Shown here piece after piece: positions 11,201-24,570 of a stretch of DNA of 64,000 bases (the first letter of the stretch is position 1; every line of letters starts with the position of its first letter). The notes under the pieces were generated by a model that saw only the letters and a program-made list of their open reading frames with translations, made no database searches and was not told the origin of the DNA. Origin of the DNA: Auanema rhodensis (Eukaryota; Animalia; Nematoda). Where the stretch lies: NCBI GenBank assembly GCA_964057225.1, contig OZ059899.1, positions 17,298,001 to 17,362,000 of the forward strand, in the 5' to 3' direction. A program made the position numbers and the translations under genes.

Positions 11201-14200
11201 CAGTTGATATCTCGGTGCATTTTTAAGCTAGCGCAAATCTGATAACACAGATCGACGCAGTTTAAAAAACCGCATCGAATGCACTATACTACATTGAGAA
11301 ACGCTTAATACAAAACTTAGTTATGATCGTTTGAAAAATGATGCATTAGTGTATGTTGAGTTTCCATGTACACTCAACATTGCTTCCAAAAACATTTTGA
11401 CAAAACTTTTTTCGAAAAATTTCAGAATATTTTAGCAAAAAATAGTTGTTTTTAGATTCCTTTTTTCAAGGCAAAGACGATGGACAATGTTATTCAACGA
11501 AAAAATTAATTCTCCAGGGTGAAAATCGAGGATATAAGTGTGAACTTATATCAGTTGATATCTCGGTGCATTTTTAAGCTAGCGCAAATCTGATAACACA
11601 GATCGACGCAGCTTAAAAATCCGCATCGAATACACTATACTACATTGAGAAACGCTTAATACAAAAATTAGTTATGATCGTTTGAAAAATGATGCATTAG
11701 TGTATGTTGAGTTTCCATGTACACTCAACATTGCTTCCAAAAACATTTTGACAAAAATTTTTTCGAAAAATTTCAAAATAATTTCGCAAAAAGTAAATGT
11801 TTTTAGATTCCTTTTTTTAAGGCAAAGACGATGGACAATGTTATTCAACGAAAAAATTAATTCTGCAGGGTGAAAATCGAGGATATAAGTGTGAACTTAT
11901 ATCAGTTGATATCTCGGTGCATTTTTAAGCTAGCGCAAATCTGATAACACAGATCGACGCAGCTTAAAAATCCGCATCGAATACACTATACTACATTGAG
12001 AAACGCTTAATACAAAAATTAGTTATGATCGTTTGAAAAATGATGCATTAGTGTATGTTGAGTTTCCATGTACACTCAACATTGCTTCCAAAAACATTTT
12101 TACAAAAATTTTTCCGAAAAATTTCGAAATAATTTCGCAGAAAGTAGATGTTTTTAGATTCCTTTTTTCAAGGCAAAGACGATGGACAATGTTATTCAAC
12201 GAAAAAATTAATTCTCCAGGGTGAAAATCGAGGATGTAAGTGTGAGCTTATATCAGTTGATATCTCGGTGCATTTTTAAGCTAGCGCAAATCTGATAACA
12301 CAGATCGACGCAGTTTAAAAAACCGCATCGAATGCACTATACTACATTGAGAAACGCTTAATACAAAACTTAGTTATGATCGTTTGAAAAATGATGCATT
12401 AGTGTATGTTGAGTTTCCATGTACACTCAACATTGCTTCCAAAAACATTTTGACAAAAATTTTTTCGAAAAATTTCAGAATATTTTAGCAAAAAATAGTT
12501 GTTTTTAGATTCCTTTTTTCAAGGCAAAGACGATGGACAATGTTATTCAACGAAAAAATTAATTCTGCAGGGTGAAAATCGAGGATATAAGTGTGAACTT
12601 ATATCAGTTGATATCTCGGTGCATTTTTAAGCTAGCGCAAATCTGATAACACAGATCGACGCAGCTTAAAAATCCGCATCGAATACACTATACTACATTG
12701 AGAAACGCTTAATACAAAAATTAGTTATGATCGTTTGAAAAATGATGCATTAGTGTATGTTGAGTTTCCATGTACACTCAACATTGCTTCCAAAAACATT
12801 TTGACAAAAATTTTTTCGAAAAATTTCAAAATAATTTCGCAAAAAGTAAATGTTTTTAGATTCCTTTTTTTAAGGCAAAGACGATGGACAATGTTATTCA
12901 ACGAAAAAATTAATTCTGCAGGGTGAAAATCGAGGATATAAGTGTGAACTTATATCAGTTGATATCTCGGTGCATTTTTAAGCTAGCGCAAATCTGATAA
13001 CACAGATCGACGCAGTTTAAAAATCCGCATCGAATGCACTATACTACATTGAGAAACGCTTAATACAAAACTTAGTTATGATCGTTTGAAAAAAGATGCA
13101 TTAGTGTATGTTGAGTTTCCATGTACACTCAACATTGCTTCCAAAAACATTTTGACAAAAATTTTTCCAAAAAATTTCAAAATTATTTCGCAAAAAGTGA
13201 ATGTTTTTAGATTCCGTTTTTCAAGGCAAAGACGATGGACAATGTTATTCAACGAAAAAATTAATTCTCCAGGGTGAAAATTGAGGATGTAAGTGTGAGC
13301 GTATATCAGTTGATATCTCGGTGCATTTTTAAGCTAGCGCAAATCTGATAACACAGATCGACGCAGCTTACAAATCCGCATCGAATGCACTATACAACAT
13401 TGAGAAACGCTTAATACAAAAATTAGTTATGATCGTTTGAAAAATGATGCATTAGTGTATGTTGCGTTTCCATGTACACTCAACATTGCTTCCAAAAACA
13501 TTTTGACAAAAATTTTCCCGAAAAATTTCAAGATAATTTTACAAAAAGTAGATGTTTTTAGATTCCTTTTTTTAAGGCAAAGACGATGGACAATGTTATT
13601 CAACGAAAAAAATAATTCTGCAGGGTGAAAATCGAGGATATAAGTGTGAACTTATATCAGTTGATATCTCGGTGCATTTTTAAGCTAGCGCAAATCTGAT
13701 AACACAGATCGACGCAGTTTAAAAATCCGCATCGAATGCACTATACTACATTGAGAAACGCTTAATACAAAACTTAGTTATGATCGTTTGAAAAAAGATG
13801 CAGTAGTGTATGTTGAGTTTCCATGTACACTCAACATTGCTTCCAAAAACATTTTTACAAAAATTTTTCCGAAAAATTTCGAAATAATTTCGCAGAAAGT
13901 AAATGTTTTTAGATTCCTTTTTTCAAGGCAAAGACGATGGACATTGTTATTCAACGAAAAAATTAATTCTGCAGGGTGAAAATCGAGGATATAAGTGTGA
14001 ACCTATATCAGTTGATATCTCGGTGCATTTTTAAGCTAGCGCAAATCTGATAACACAGATCGACGCAGCTTAAAAATCCGCATCGAATGCACTATACTAC
14101 ATTGAGAAACGCTTAATACAAAAATTAGTTATGATCGTTTGAAAAATGATGCATTAGTGTATGTTGAGTTTCCATGTACACTCAACATTGCTTCCAAAAA

Positions 14201-15440
14201 CATTTTGACAAAAATTCTTTCGAAAAATTTCAGAATATTTTAGCAAAAAATAGTTGTTTTTAGATTCCTTTTTTCAAGGCAAAGACGATGGACAATGTTA
14301 TTCAACGAAAAAATTAATTCTGCAGGGTGAAAATCGAGGATATAAGTGTGAACTTATATCAGTTGATATCTCGGTGCATTTTTAAGCTAGCGCAAATCTG
14401 ATAACACAGATCGACGCAGCTTAAAAATCCGCATCGAATGCACTATACTACATTGAGAAACACTTAATACAAAACTTAGTTATGATCGTTTGAAAAAAGA
14501 TGCATTAGTGTATGTTGAGTTTCCATGTACACTCAACATTGCTTCCAAAAACATTTTTACAAAAATTTTTCCGAAAAATTTCGAAATAATTTCGCAGAAA
14601 GTAGATGTTTTTAGATTCCTTTTTTCAAGGCAAAGACGATGGACATTGTTATTCAACGAAAAAATCAATTCTGCAGGGTGAAAATCGAGGATATAAGTGT
14701 GAACTTATATCAGTTGATATCTCGGTGCATTTTTAAGCTAGCGCAAATCTGATAACACAGATCGACGCAGTTTAAAAAACCGCATCGAATGCACTATACT
14801 ACATTGAGAAACGCTTAATACAAAACTTAGTTATGATCGTTTGAAAAATGATGCATTAGTGTATGTTGAGTTTCCATGTACACTCAACATTGCTTCCAAA
14901 AACATTTTGACAAAACTTTTTTCGAAAAATTTCAGAATATTTTAGCAAAAAATAGTTGTTTTTAGATTCCTTTTTTCAAGGCAAAGACGATGGACAATGT
15001 TATTCAACGAAAAAATTAATTCTGCAGGGTGAAAATCGAGGATATAAGTGTGAACTTATATCAGTTGATATCTCGGTGCATTTTTAAGCTAGCGCAAATC
15101 TGATAACACAGATCGACGCAGCTTAAAAATCCGCATCGAATACACTATACTACATTGAGAAACGCTTAATACAAAACTTAGTTATGATCGTTTGAAAAAT
15201 GATGCATTAGTGTATGTTGAGTTTCCATGTACACTCAACATTGCTTCCAAAAACATTTTGACAAAAATTTTTTCGAAAAATTTCAAAATAATTTCACAAA
15301 AAGTAAATGTTTTTAGATTCCTTTTTTTAAGGCAAAGACGATGGACAATGTTATTCAACGAAAAAATTAATTCTCCAGGGTGAAAATTGAGGATGTAAGT
15401 GTGAGCGTATATCAGTTGATATCTCGGTGCATTTTTAAGC
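5266..15440 (+). repeat. Higher-order repeat: 10-mer, 9-mer, 10-mer
   Basis: The marker GTTGCGTTT sits at 6796, 10306 and 13465 (spacings 3510 and 3159). Monomer order is conserved, but the middle copy lacks the GCAGTAG-marked monomer (ORF starts 7119 and 13788). Ends are approximate. Confidence 0.9.
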
Positions 15441-18400
15441 TAGCGCAAATCTGATAACACAGATCGACGCAGTTTAAAAATCCGCATCGAATGCACTATA
15501 CTACATTGAGAAACGCTTAATACAAAACTTAGTTATGATCGTTTGAAAAAAGATGCATTAGTGTATGTTGAGTTTCCATGTACACTCAACATTGCTTCCA
15601 AAAACATTTTGACAAAAATTTTTCCAAAAAATTTCAAAATTATTTCGCAAAAAGTGAATGTTTTTAGATTCCGTTTTTCAAGGCAAAGACGATGGACAAT
15701 GTTATTCAACGAAAAAATTAATTCTCCAGGGTGAAAATTGAGGATGTAAGTGTGAGCGTATATCAGTTGATATCTCGGTGCATTTTTAAGCTAGCGCAAA
15801 TCTGATAACACAGATCGACGCAGCTTACAAATCCGCATCGAATGCACTATACAACATTGAGAAACGCTTAATACAAAAATTAGTTATGATCGTTTGAAAA
15901 ATGATGCATTAGTGTATGTTGAGTTTCCATGTACACTCAACATTGCTTCCAAAAACATTTTGACAAAAATTTTTTCGAAAAATTTCAAAATAATTTCGCA
16001 AAAAGTAAATGTTTTTAGATTCCTTTTTTTAAGGCAAAGACGATGGACAATGTTATTCAACGAAAAAAATAATTCTGCAGGGTGAAAATCGAGGATATAA
16101 GTGTGAACTTATATCAGTTGATATCTCGGTGCATTTTTAAGCTAGCGCAAATCTGATAACACAGATCGACGCAGTTTAAAAATCCGCATCGAATGCACTA
16201 TACTACATTGAGAAACGCTTAATACAAAACTTAGTTATGATCGTTTGAAAAAAGATGCATTAGTGTATGTTGAGTTTCCATGTACACTCAACATTGCTTC
16301 CAAAAACATTTTGATAAAAATTTTTCCGAAAAATTTCGAAATAATTTCGCAGAAAGTAGATGTTTTTAGATTCCTTTTTTCAAGGCAAAGACGATGGACA
16401 TTGTTATTCAACGAAAAAATTAATTCTGCAGGGTGAAAATCGAGGATATAAGTGTGAACCTATATCAGTTGATATCTCGGTGCATTTTTAAGCTAGCGCA
16501 AATCTGATAACACAGATCGACGCAGCTTAAAAATCCGCATCGAATGCACTATACTACATTGAGAAACGCTTAATACAAAACTTAGTTATGATCGTTTGAA
16601 AAAAGATGCATTAGTGTATGTTGAGTTTCCATGTACACTCAACATTGCTTCCAAAAACATTTTTACAAAAATTTTTCCGAAAAATTTCAAAATAATTTCG
16701 CAAAAAGTAAATGTTTTTAGATTCCTTTTTTTAAGGCAAAGACGATGGACAATGTTATTCAACGAAAAAATTAATTCTCCAGGGTGAAAATTGAGGATGT
16801 AAGTGTGAGCGTATATCAGTTGATATCTCGGTGCATTTTTAAGCTAGCGCAAATCTGATAACACAGATCGACGCAGTTTAAAAATCCGCATCGAATGCAC
16901 TATACTACATTGAGAAACGCTTAATACAAAACTTAGTTATGATCGTTTGAAAAAAGATGCATTAGTGTATGTTGAGTTTCCATGTACACTCAACATTGCT
17001 TCCAAAAACATTTTGACAAAAATTTTTCCAAAAAATTTCAAAATTATTTCGCAAAAAGTGAATGTTTTTAGATTCCGTTTTTCAAGGCAAAGACGATGGA
17101 CAATGTTATTCAACGAAAAAATTAATTCTCCAGGGTGAAAATTGAGGATGTAAGTGTGAGCGTATATCAGTTGATATCTCGGTGCATTTTTAAGCTAGCG
17201 CAAATCTGATAACACAGATCGACGCAGCTTACAAATCCGCATCGAATGCACTATACAACATTGAGAAACGCTTAATACAAAAATTAGTTATGATCGTTTG
17301 AAAAATGATGCATTAGTGTATGTTGAGTTTCCATGTACACTCAACATTGCTTCCAAAAACATTTTGACAAAAATTTTTTCGAAAAATTTCAAAATAATTT
17401 CGCAAAAAGTAAATGTTTTTAGATTCCTTTTTTTAAGGCAAAGACGATGGACAATGTTATTCAACGAAAAAAATAATTCTGCAGGGTGAAAATCGAGGAT
17501 ATAAGTGTGAACTTATATCAGTTGATATCTCGGTGCATTTTTAAGCTAGCGCAAATCTGATAACACAGATCGACGCAGTTTAAAAATCCGCATCGAATGC
17601 ACTATACTACATTGAGAAACGCTTAATACAAAACTTAGTTATGATCGTTTGAAAAAAGATGCATTAGTGTATGTTGAGTTTCCATGTACACTCAACATTG
17701 CTTCCAAAAACATTTTGATAAAAATTTTTCCGAAAAATTTCGAAATAATTTCGCAGAAAGTAGATGTTTTTAGATTCCTTTTTTCAAGGCAAAGACGATG
17801 GACATTGTTATTCAACGAAAAAATTAATTCTGCAGGGTGAAAATCGAGGATATAAGTGTGAACCTATATCAGTTGATATCTCGGTGCATTTTTAAGCTAG
17901 CGCAAATCTGATAACACAGATCGACGCAGCTTAAAAATCCGCATCGAATGCACTATACTACATTGAGAAACGCTTAATACAAAACTTAGTTATGATCGTT
18001 TGAAAAAAGATGCATTAGTGTATGTTGAGTTTCCATGTACACTCAACATTGCTTCCAAAAACATTTTTACAAAAATTTTTCCGAAAAATTTCGAAATAAT
18101 TTCGCAGAAAGTAGATGTTTTTAGATTCCTTTTTTCAAGGCAAAGACGATGGACATTGTTATTCAACGAAAAAATCAATTCTGCAGGGTGAAAATCGAGG
18201 ATATAAGTGTGAACTTATATCAGTTGATATCTCGGTGCATTTTTAAGCTAGCGCAAATCTGATAACACAGATCGACGCAGCTTAAAAATCCGCATCGAAT
18301 GCACTATACTACATTGAGAAACGCTCAATACAAAAATTAGTTATGATCGTTTGAAAAATGATGCATTAGTGTATGTTGAGTTTCCATGTACACTCAACAT

Positions 18401-21400
18401 TGCTTCCAAAAACATTTTGACAAAAATTTTTTCGAAAAATTTCAAAATAATTTCGCAAAAAGTAAATGTTTTTAGATTCCTTTTTTTAAGGCAAAGACGA
18501 TGGACAATGTTATTCAACGAAAAAATTAATTCTGCAGGGTGAAAATCGAGGATATAAGTGTGAACTTATATCAGTTGATATCTCGGTGCATTTTTAAGCT
18601 AGCGCAAATCTGATAACACAGATCGACGCAGTTTAAAAATCCGCATCGAATGCACTATACTACATTGAGAAACGCTTAATACAAAACTTAGTTATGATCG
18701 TTTGAAAAAAGATGCATTAGTGTATGTTGAGTTTCCATGTACACTCAACATTGCTTCCAAAAACATTTTGACAAAAATTTTTCCAAAAAATTTCAAAATA
18801 ATTTCGCAAAAAGTGAATGTTTTTAGATTCCGTTTTTCAAGGCAAAGACGATGGACAATGTTATTCAACGAAAAAATTAATTCTGCAGGGTGAAAATCGA
18901 GGATATAAGTGTGAACTTATATCAGTTGATATCTCGGTGCATTTTTAAGCTAGCGCAAATCTGATAACACAGATCGACGCAGCTTACAAATCCGCATCGA
19001 ATGCACTATACAACATTGAGAAACGCTTAATACAAAAATTAGTTATGATCGTTTGAAAAATGATGCATTAGTGTATGTTGAGTTCCCATGTACACTCAAC
19101 ATTGCTTCCAAAAACATTTTGACAAAAATTCTTTCGAAAAATTTCAGAATATTTTAGCAAAAAATAGTTGTTTTTAGATTCCTTTTTTCAAGGCAAAGAC
19201 GATGGACAATGTTATTCAACGAAAAAATTAATTCTGCAGGGTGAAAATCGAGGATATAAGTGTGAACTTATATCAGTTGATATCTCGGTGCATTTTTAAG
19301 CTAGCGCAAATCTGATAACACAGATCGACGCAGTTTAAAAATCCGCATCGAATGCACTATACTACATTGAGAAACGCTTAATACAAAACTTAGTTATGAT
19401 CGTTTGAAAAAAGATGCATTAGTGTATGTTGAGTTTCCATGTACACTCAACATTGCTTCCAAAAACATTTTTACAAAAATTTTTCCGAAAAATTTCGAAA
19501 TAATTTCGCAGAAAGTAGATGTTTTTAGATTCCTTTTTTCAAGGCAAAGACGATGGACATTGTTATTCAACGAAAAAATCAATTCTGCAGGGTGAAAATC
19601 GAGGATATAAGTGTGAACTTATATCAGTTGATATCTCGGTGCATTTTTAAGCTAGCGCAAATCTGATAACACAGATCGACGCAGCTTAAAAATCCGCATC
19701 GAATGCACTATACTACATTGAGAAACGCTTAATACAAAACTTAGTTATGATCGTTTGAAAAAAGATGCAGTAGTGTATGTTGAGTTTCCATGTACACTCA
19801 ACATTGCTTCCAAAAACATTTTTACAAAAATTTTTCCGAAAAATTTCGAAATAATTTCGCAGAAAGTAAATGTTTTTAGATTCCTTTTTTCAAGGCAAAG
19901 ACGATGGACATTGTTATTCAACGAAAAAATTAATTCTGCAGGGTGAAAATCGAGGATATAAGTGTGAACCTATATCAGTTGATATCTCGGTGCATTTTTA
20001 AGCTAGCGCAAATCTGATAACACAGATCGACGCAGCTTAAAAATCCGCATCGAATGCACTATACTACATTGAGAAACGCTTAATACAAAAATTAGTTATG
20101 ATCGTTTGAAAAATGATGCATTAGTGTATGTTGAGTTTCCATGTACACTCAACATTGCTTCCAAAAACATTTTGACAAAAATTCTTTCGAAAAATTTCAG
20201 AATATTTTAGCAAAAAATAGTTGTTTTTAGATTCCTTTTTTCAAGGCAAAGACGATGGACAATGTTATTCAACGAAAAAATTAATTCTGCAGGGTGAAAA
20301 TCGAGGATATAAGTGTGAACTTATATCAGTTGATATCTCGGTGCATTTTTAAGCTAGCGCAAATCTGATAACACAGATCGACGCAGCTTAAAAATCCGCA
20401 TCGAATGCACTATACTACATTGAGAAACGCTTAATACAAAACTTAGTTATGATCGTTTGAAAAAAGATGCATTAGTGTATGTTGAGTTTCCATGTACACT
20501 CAACATTGCTTCCAAAAACATTTTTACAAAAATTTTTCCGAAAAATTTCGAAATAATTTCGCAGAAAGTAGATGTTTTTAGATTCCTTTTTTCAAGGCAA
20601 AGACGATGGACATTGTTATTCAACGAAAAAATCAATTCTGCAGGGTGAAAATCGAGGATATAAGTGTGAACTTATATCAGTTGATATCTCGGTGCATTTT
20701 TAAGCTAGCGCAAATCTGATAACACAGATCGACGCAGTTTAAAAAACCGCATCGAATGCACTATACTACATTGAGAAACGCTTAATACAAAACTTAGTTA
20801 TGATCGTTTGAAAAATGATGCATTAGTGTATGTTGAGTTTCCATGTACACTCAACATTGCTTCCAAAAACATTTTGACAAAACTTTTTTCGAAAAATTTC
20901 AGAATATTTTAGCAAAAAATAGTTGTTTTTAGATTCCTTTTTTCAAGGCAAAGACGATGGACAATGTTATTCAACGAAAAAATTAATTCTGCAGGGTGAA
21001 AATCGAGGATATAAGTGTGAACTTATATCAGTTGATATCTCGGTGCATTTTTAAGCTAGCGCAAATCTGATAACACAGATCGACGCAGCTTAAAAATCCG
21101 CATCGAATACACTATACTACATTGAGAAACGCTTAATACAAAACTTAGTTATGATCGTTTGAAAAATGATGCATTAGTGTATGTTGAGTTTCCATGTACA
21201 CTCAACATTGCTTCCAAAAACATTTTGACAAAAATTTTTTCGAAAAATTTCAAAATAATTTCACAAAAAGTAAATGTTTTTAGATTCCTTTTTTTAAGGC
21301 AAAGACGATGGACAATGTTATTCAACGAAAAAATTAATTCTCCAGGGTGAAAATTGAGGATGTAAGTGTGAGCGTATATCAGTTGATATCTCGGTGCATT

Positions 21401-24400
21401 TTTAAGCTAGCGCAAATCTGATAACACAGATCGACGCAGTTTAAAAATCCGCATCGAATGCACTATACTACATTGAGAAACGCTTAATACAAAACTTAGT
21501 TATGATCGTTTGAAAAAAGATGCATTAGTGTATGTTGAGTTTCCATGTACACTCAACATTGCTTCCAAAAACATTTTGACAAAAATTTTTCCAAAAAATT
21601 TCAAAATTATTTCGCAAAAAGTGAATGTTTTTAGATTCCGTTTTTCAAGGCAAAGACGATGGACAATGTTATTCAACGAAAAAATTAATTCTCCAGGGTG
21701 AAAATTGAGGATGTAAGTGTGAGCGTATATCAGTTGATATCTCGGTGCATTTTTAAGCTAGCGCAAATCTGATAACACAGATCGACGCAGCTTACAAATC
21801 CGCATCGAATGCACTATACAACATTGAGAAACGCTTAATACAAAAATTAGTTATGATCGTTTGAAAAATGATGCATTAGTGTATGTTGAGTTTCCATGTA
21901 CACTCAACATTGCTTCCAAAAACATTTTGACAAAAATTTTTTCGAAAAATTTCAAAATAATTTCGCAAAAAGTAAATGTTTTTAGATTCCTTTTTTTAAG
22001 GCAAAGACGATGGACAATGTTATTCAACGAAAAAAATAATTCTGCAGGGTGAAAATTGAGGATGTAAGTGTGAGCGTATATCAGTTGATATCTCGGTGCA
22101 TTTTTAAGCTAGCGCAAATCTGATAACACAGATCGACGCAGCTTAAAAATCCGCATCGAATACACTATACTACATTGAGAAACGCTTAATACAAAAATTA
22201 GTTATGATCGTTTGAAAAATGATGCATTAGTGTATGTTGAGTTTCCATGTACACTCAACATTGCTTCCAAAAACATTTTGACAAAAATTTTTTCGAAAAA
22301 TTTCAAAATAATTTCGCAAAAAGTAAATGTTTTTAGATTCCTTTTTTTAAGGCAAAGACGATGGACAATGTTATTCAACGAAAAAAATAATTCTGCAGGG
22401 TGAAAATCGAGGATATAAGTGTGAACTTATATCAGTTGATATCTCGGTGCATTTTTAAGCTAGCGCAAATCTGATAACACAGATCGACGCAGTTTAAAAA
22501 TCCGCATCGAATGCACTATACTACATTGAGAAACGCTTAATACAAAACTTAGTTATGATCGTTTGAAAAAAGATGCATTAGTGTATGTTGAGTTTCCATG
22601 TACACTCAACATTGCTTCCAAAAACATTTTGATAAAAATTTTTCCGAAAAATTTCGAAATAATTTCGCAGAAAGTAGATGTTTTTAGATTCCTTTTTTCA
22701 AGGCAAAGACGATGGACATTGTTATTCAACGAAAAAATTAATTCTGCAGGGTGAAAATCGAGGATATAAGTGTGAACCTATATCAGTTGATATCTCGGTG
22801 CATTTTTAAGCTAGCGCAAATCTGATAACACAGATCGACGCAGCTTAAAAATCCGCATCGAATGCACTATACTACATTGAGAAACGCTTAATACAAAACT
22901 TAGTTATGATCGTTTGAAAAAAGATGCATTAGTGTATGTTGAGTTTCCATGTACACTCAACATTGCTTCCAAAAACATTTTTACAAAAATTTTTCCGAAA
23001 AATTTCGAAATAATTTCGCAGAAAGTAGATGTTTTTAGATTCCTTTTTTCAAGGCAAAGACGATGGACATTGTTATTCAACGAAAAAATCAATTCTGCAG
23101 GGTGAAAATCGAGGATATAAGTGTGAACTTATATCAGTTGATATCTCGGTGCATTTTTAAGCTAGCGCAAATCTGATAACACAGATCGACGCAGCTTAAA
23201 AATCCGCATCGAATGCACTATACTACATTGAGAAACGCTCAATACAAAAATTAGTTATGATCGTTTGAAAAATGATGCATTAGTGTATGTTGAGTTTCCA
23301 TGAACACTCAACATTGCTTCCAAAAACATTTTGACAAAAATTTTTTCGAAAAATTTCAAAATAATTTCGCAAAAAGTAAATGTTTTTAGATTCCTTTTTT
23401 TAAGGCAAAGACGATGGACAATGTTATTCAACGAAAAAATTAATTCTGCAGGGTGAAAATCGAGGATATAAGTGTGAACTTATATCAGTTGATATCTCGG
23501 TGCATTTTTAAGCTAGCGCAAATCTGATAACACAGATCGACGCAGTTTAAAAATCCGCATCGAATGCACTATACTACATTGAGAAACGCTTAATACAAAA
23601 CTTAGTTATGATCGTTTGAAAAAAGATGCATTAGTGTATGTTGAGTTTCCATGTACACTCAACATTGCTTCCAAAAACATTTTGACAAAAATTTTTCCAA
23701 AAAATTTCAAAATAATTTCGCAAAAAGTGAATGTTTTTAGATTCCGTTTTTCAAGGCAAAGACGATGGACAATGTTATTCAACGAAAAAATTAATTCTGC
23801 AGGGTGAAAATCGAGGATATAAGTGTGAACTTATATCAGTTGATATCTCGGTGCATTTTTAAGCTAGCGCAAATCTGATAACACAGATCGACGCAGCTTA
23901 CAAATCCGCATCGAATGCACTATACAACATTGAGAAACGCTTAATACAAAAATTAGTTATGATCGTTTGAAAAATGATGCATTAGTGTATGTTGAGTTTC
24001 CATGTACACTCAACATTGCTTCCAAAAACATTTTGACAAAAATTCTTTCGAAAAATTTCAGAATATTTTAGCAAAAAATAGTTGTTTTTAGATTCCTTTT
24101 TTCAAGGCAAAGACGATGGACAATGTTATTCAACGAAAAAATTAATTCTGCAGGGTGAAAATCGAGGATATAAGTGTGAACTTATATCAGTTGATATCTC
24201 GGTGCATTTTTAAGCTAGCGCAAATCTGATAACACAGATCGACGCAGTTTAAAAATCCGCATCGAATGCACTATACTACATTGAGAAACGCTTAATACAA
24301 AACTTAGTTATGATCGTTTGAAAAAAGATGCATTAGTGTATGTTGAGTTTCCATGTACACTCAACATTGCTTCCAAAAACATTTTTACAAAAATTTTTCC

Positions 24401-24570
24401 GAAAAATTTCGAAATAATTTCGCAGAAAGTAGATGTTTTTAGATTCCTTTTTTCAAGGCAAAGACGATGGACATTGTTATTCAACGAAAAAATCAATTCT
24501 GCAGGGTGAAAATCGAGGATATAAGTGTGAACTTATATCAGTTGATATCTCGGTGCATTTTTAAGCTAGC
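13690..24570 (+). repeat. Higher-order repeat: 17-mer followed by a related 14-mer
   Basis: The GCAGTAG monomer is at 13788 and 19755 (offset 5967 = 17x351). The TTGATAAAA monomer is at 17649 and 22563 (offset 4914 = 14x351). The first unit has an internal 4-mer duplication (16245/17649, offset 1404). Confidence 0.85.
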
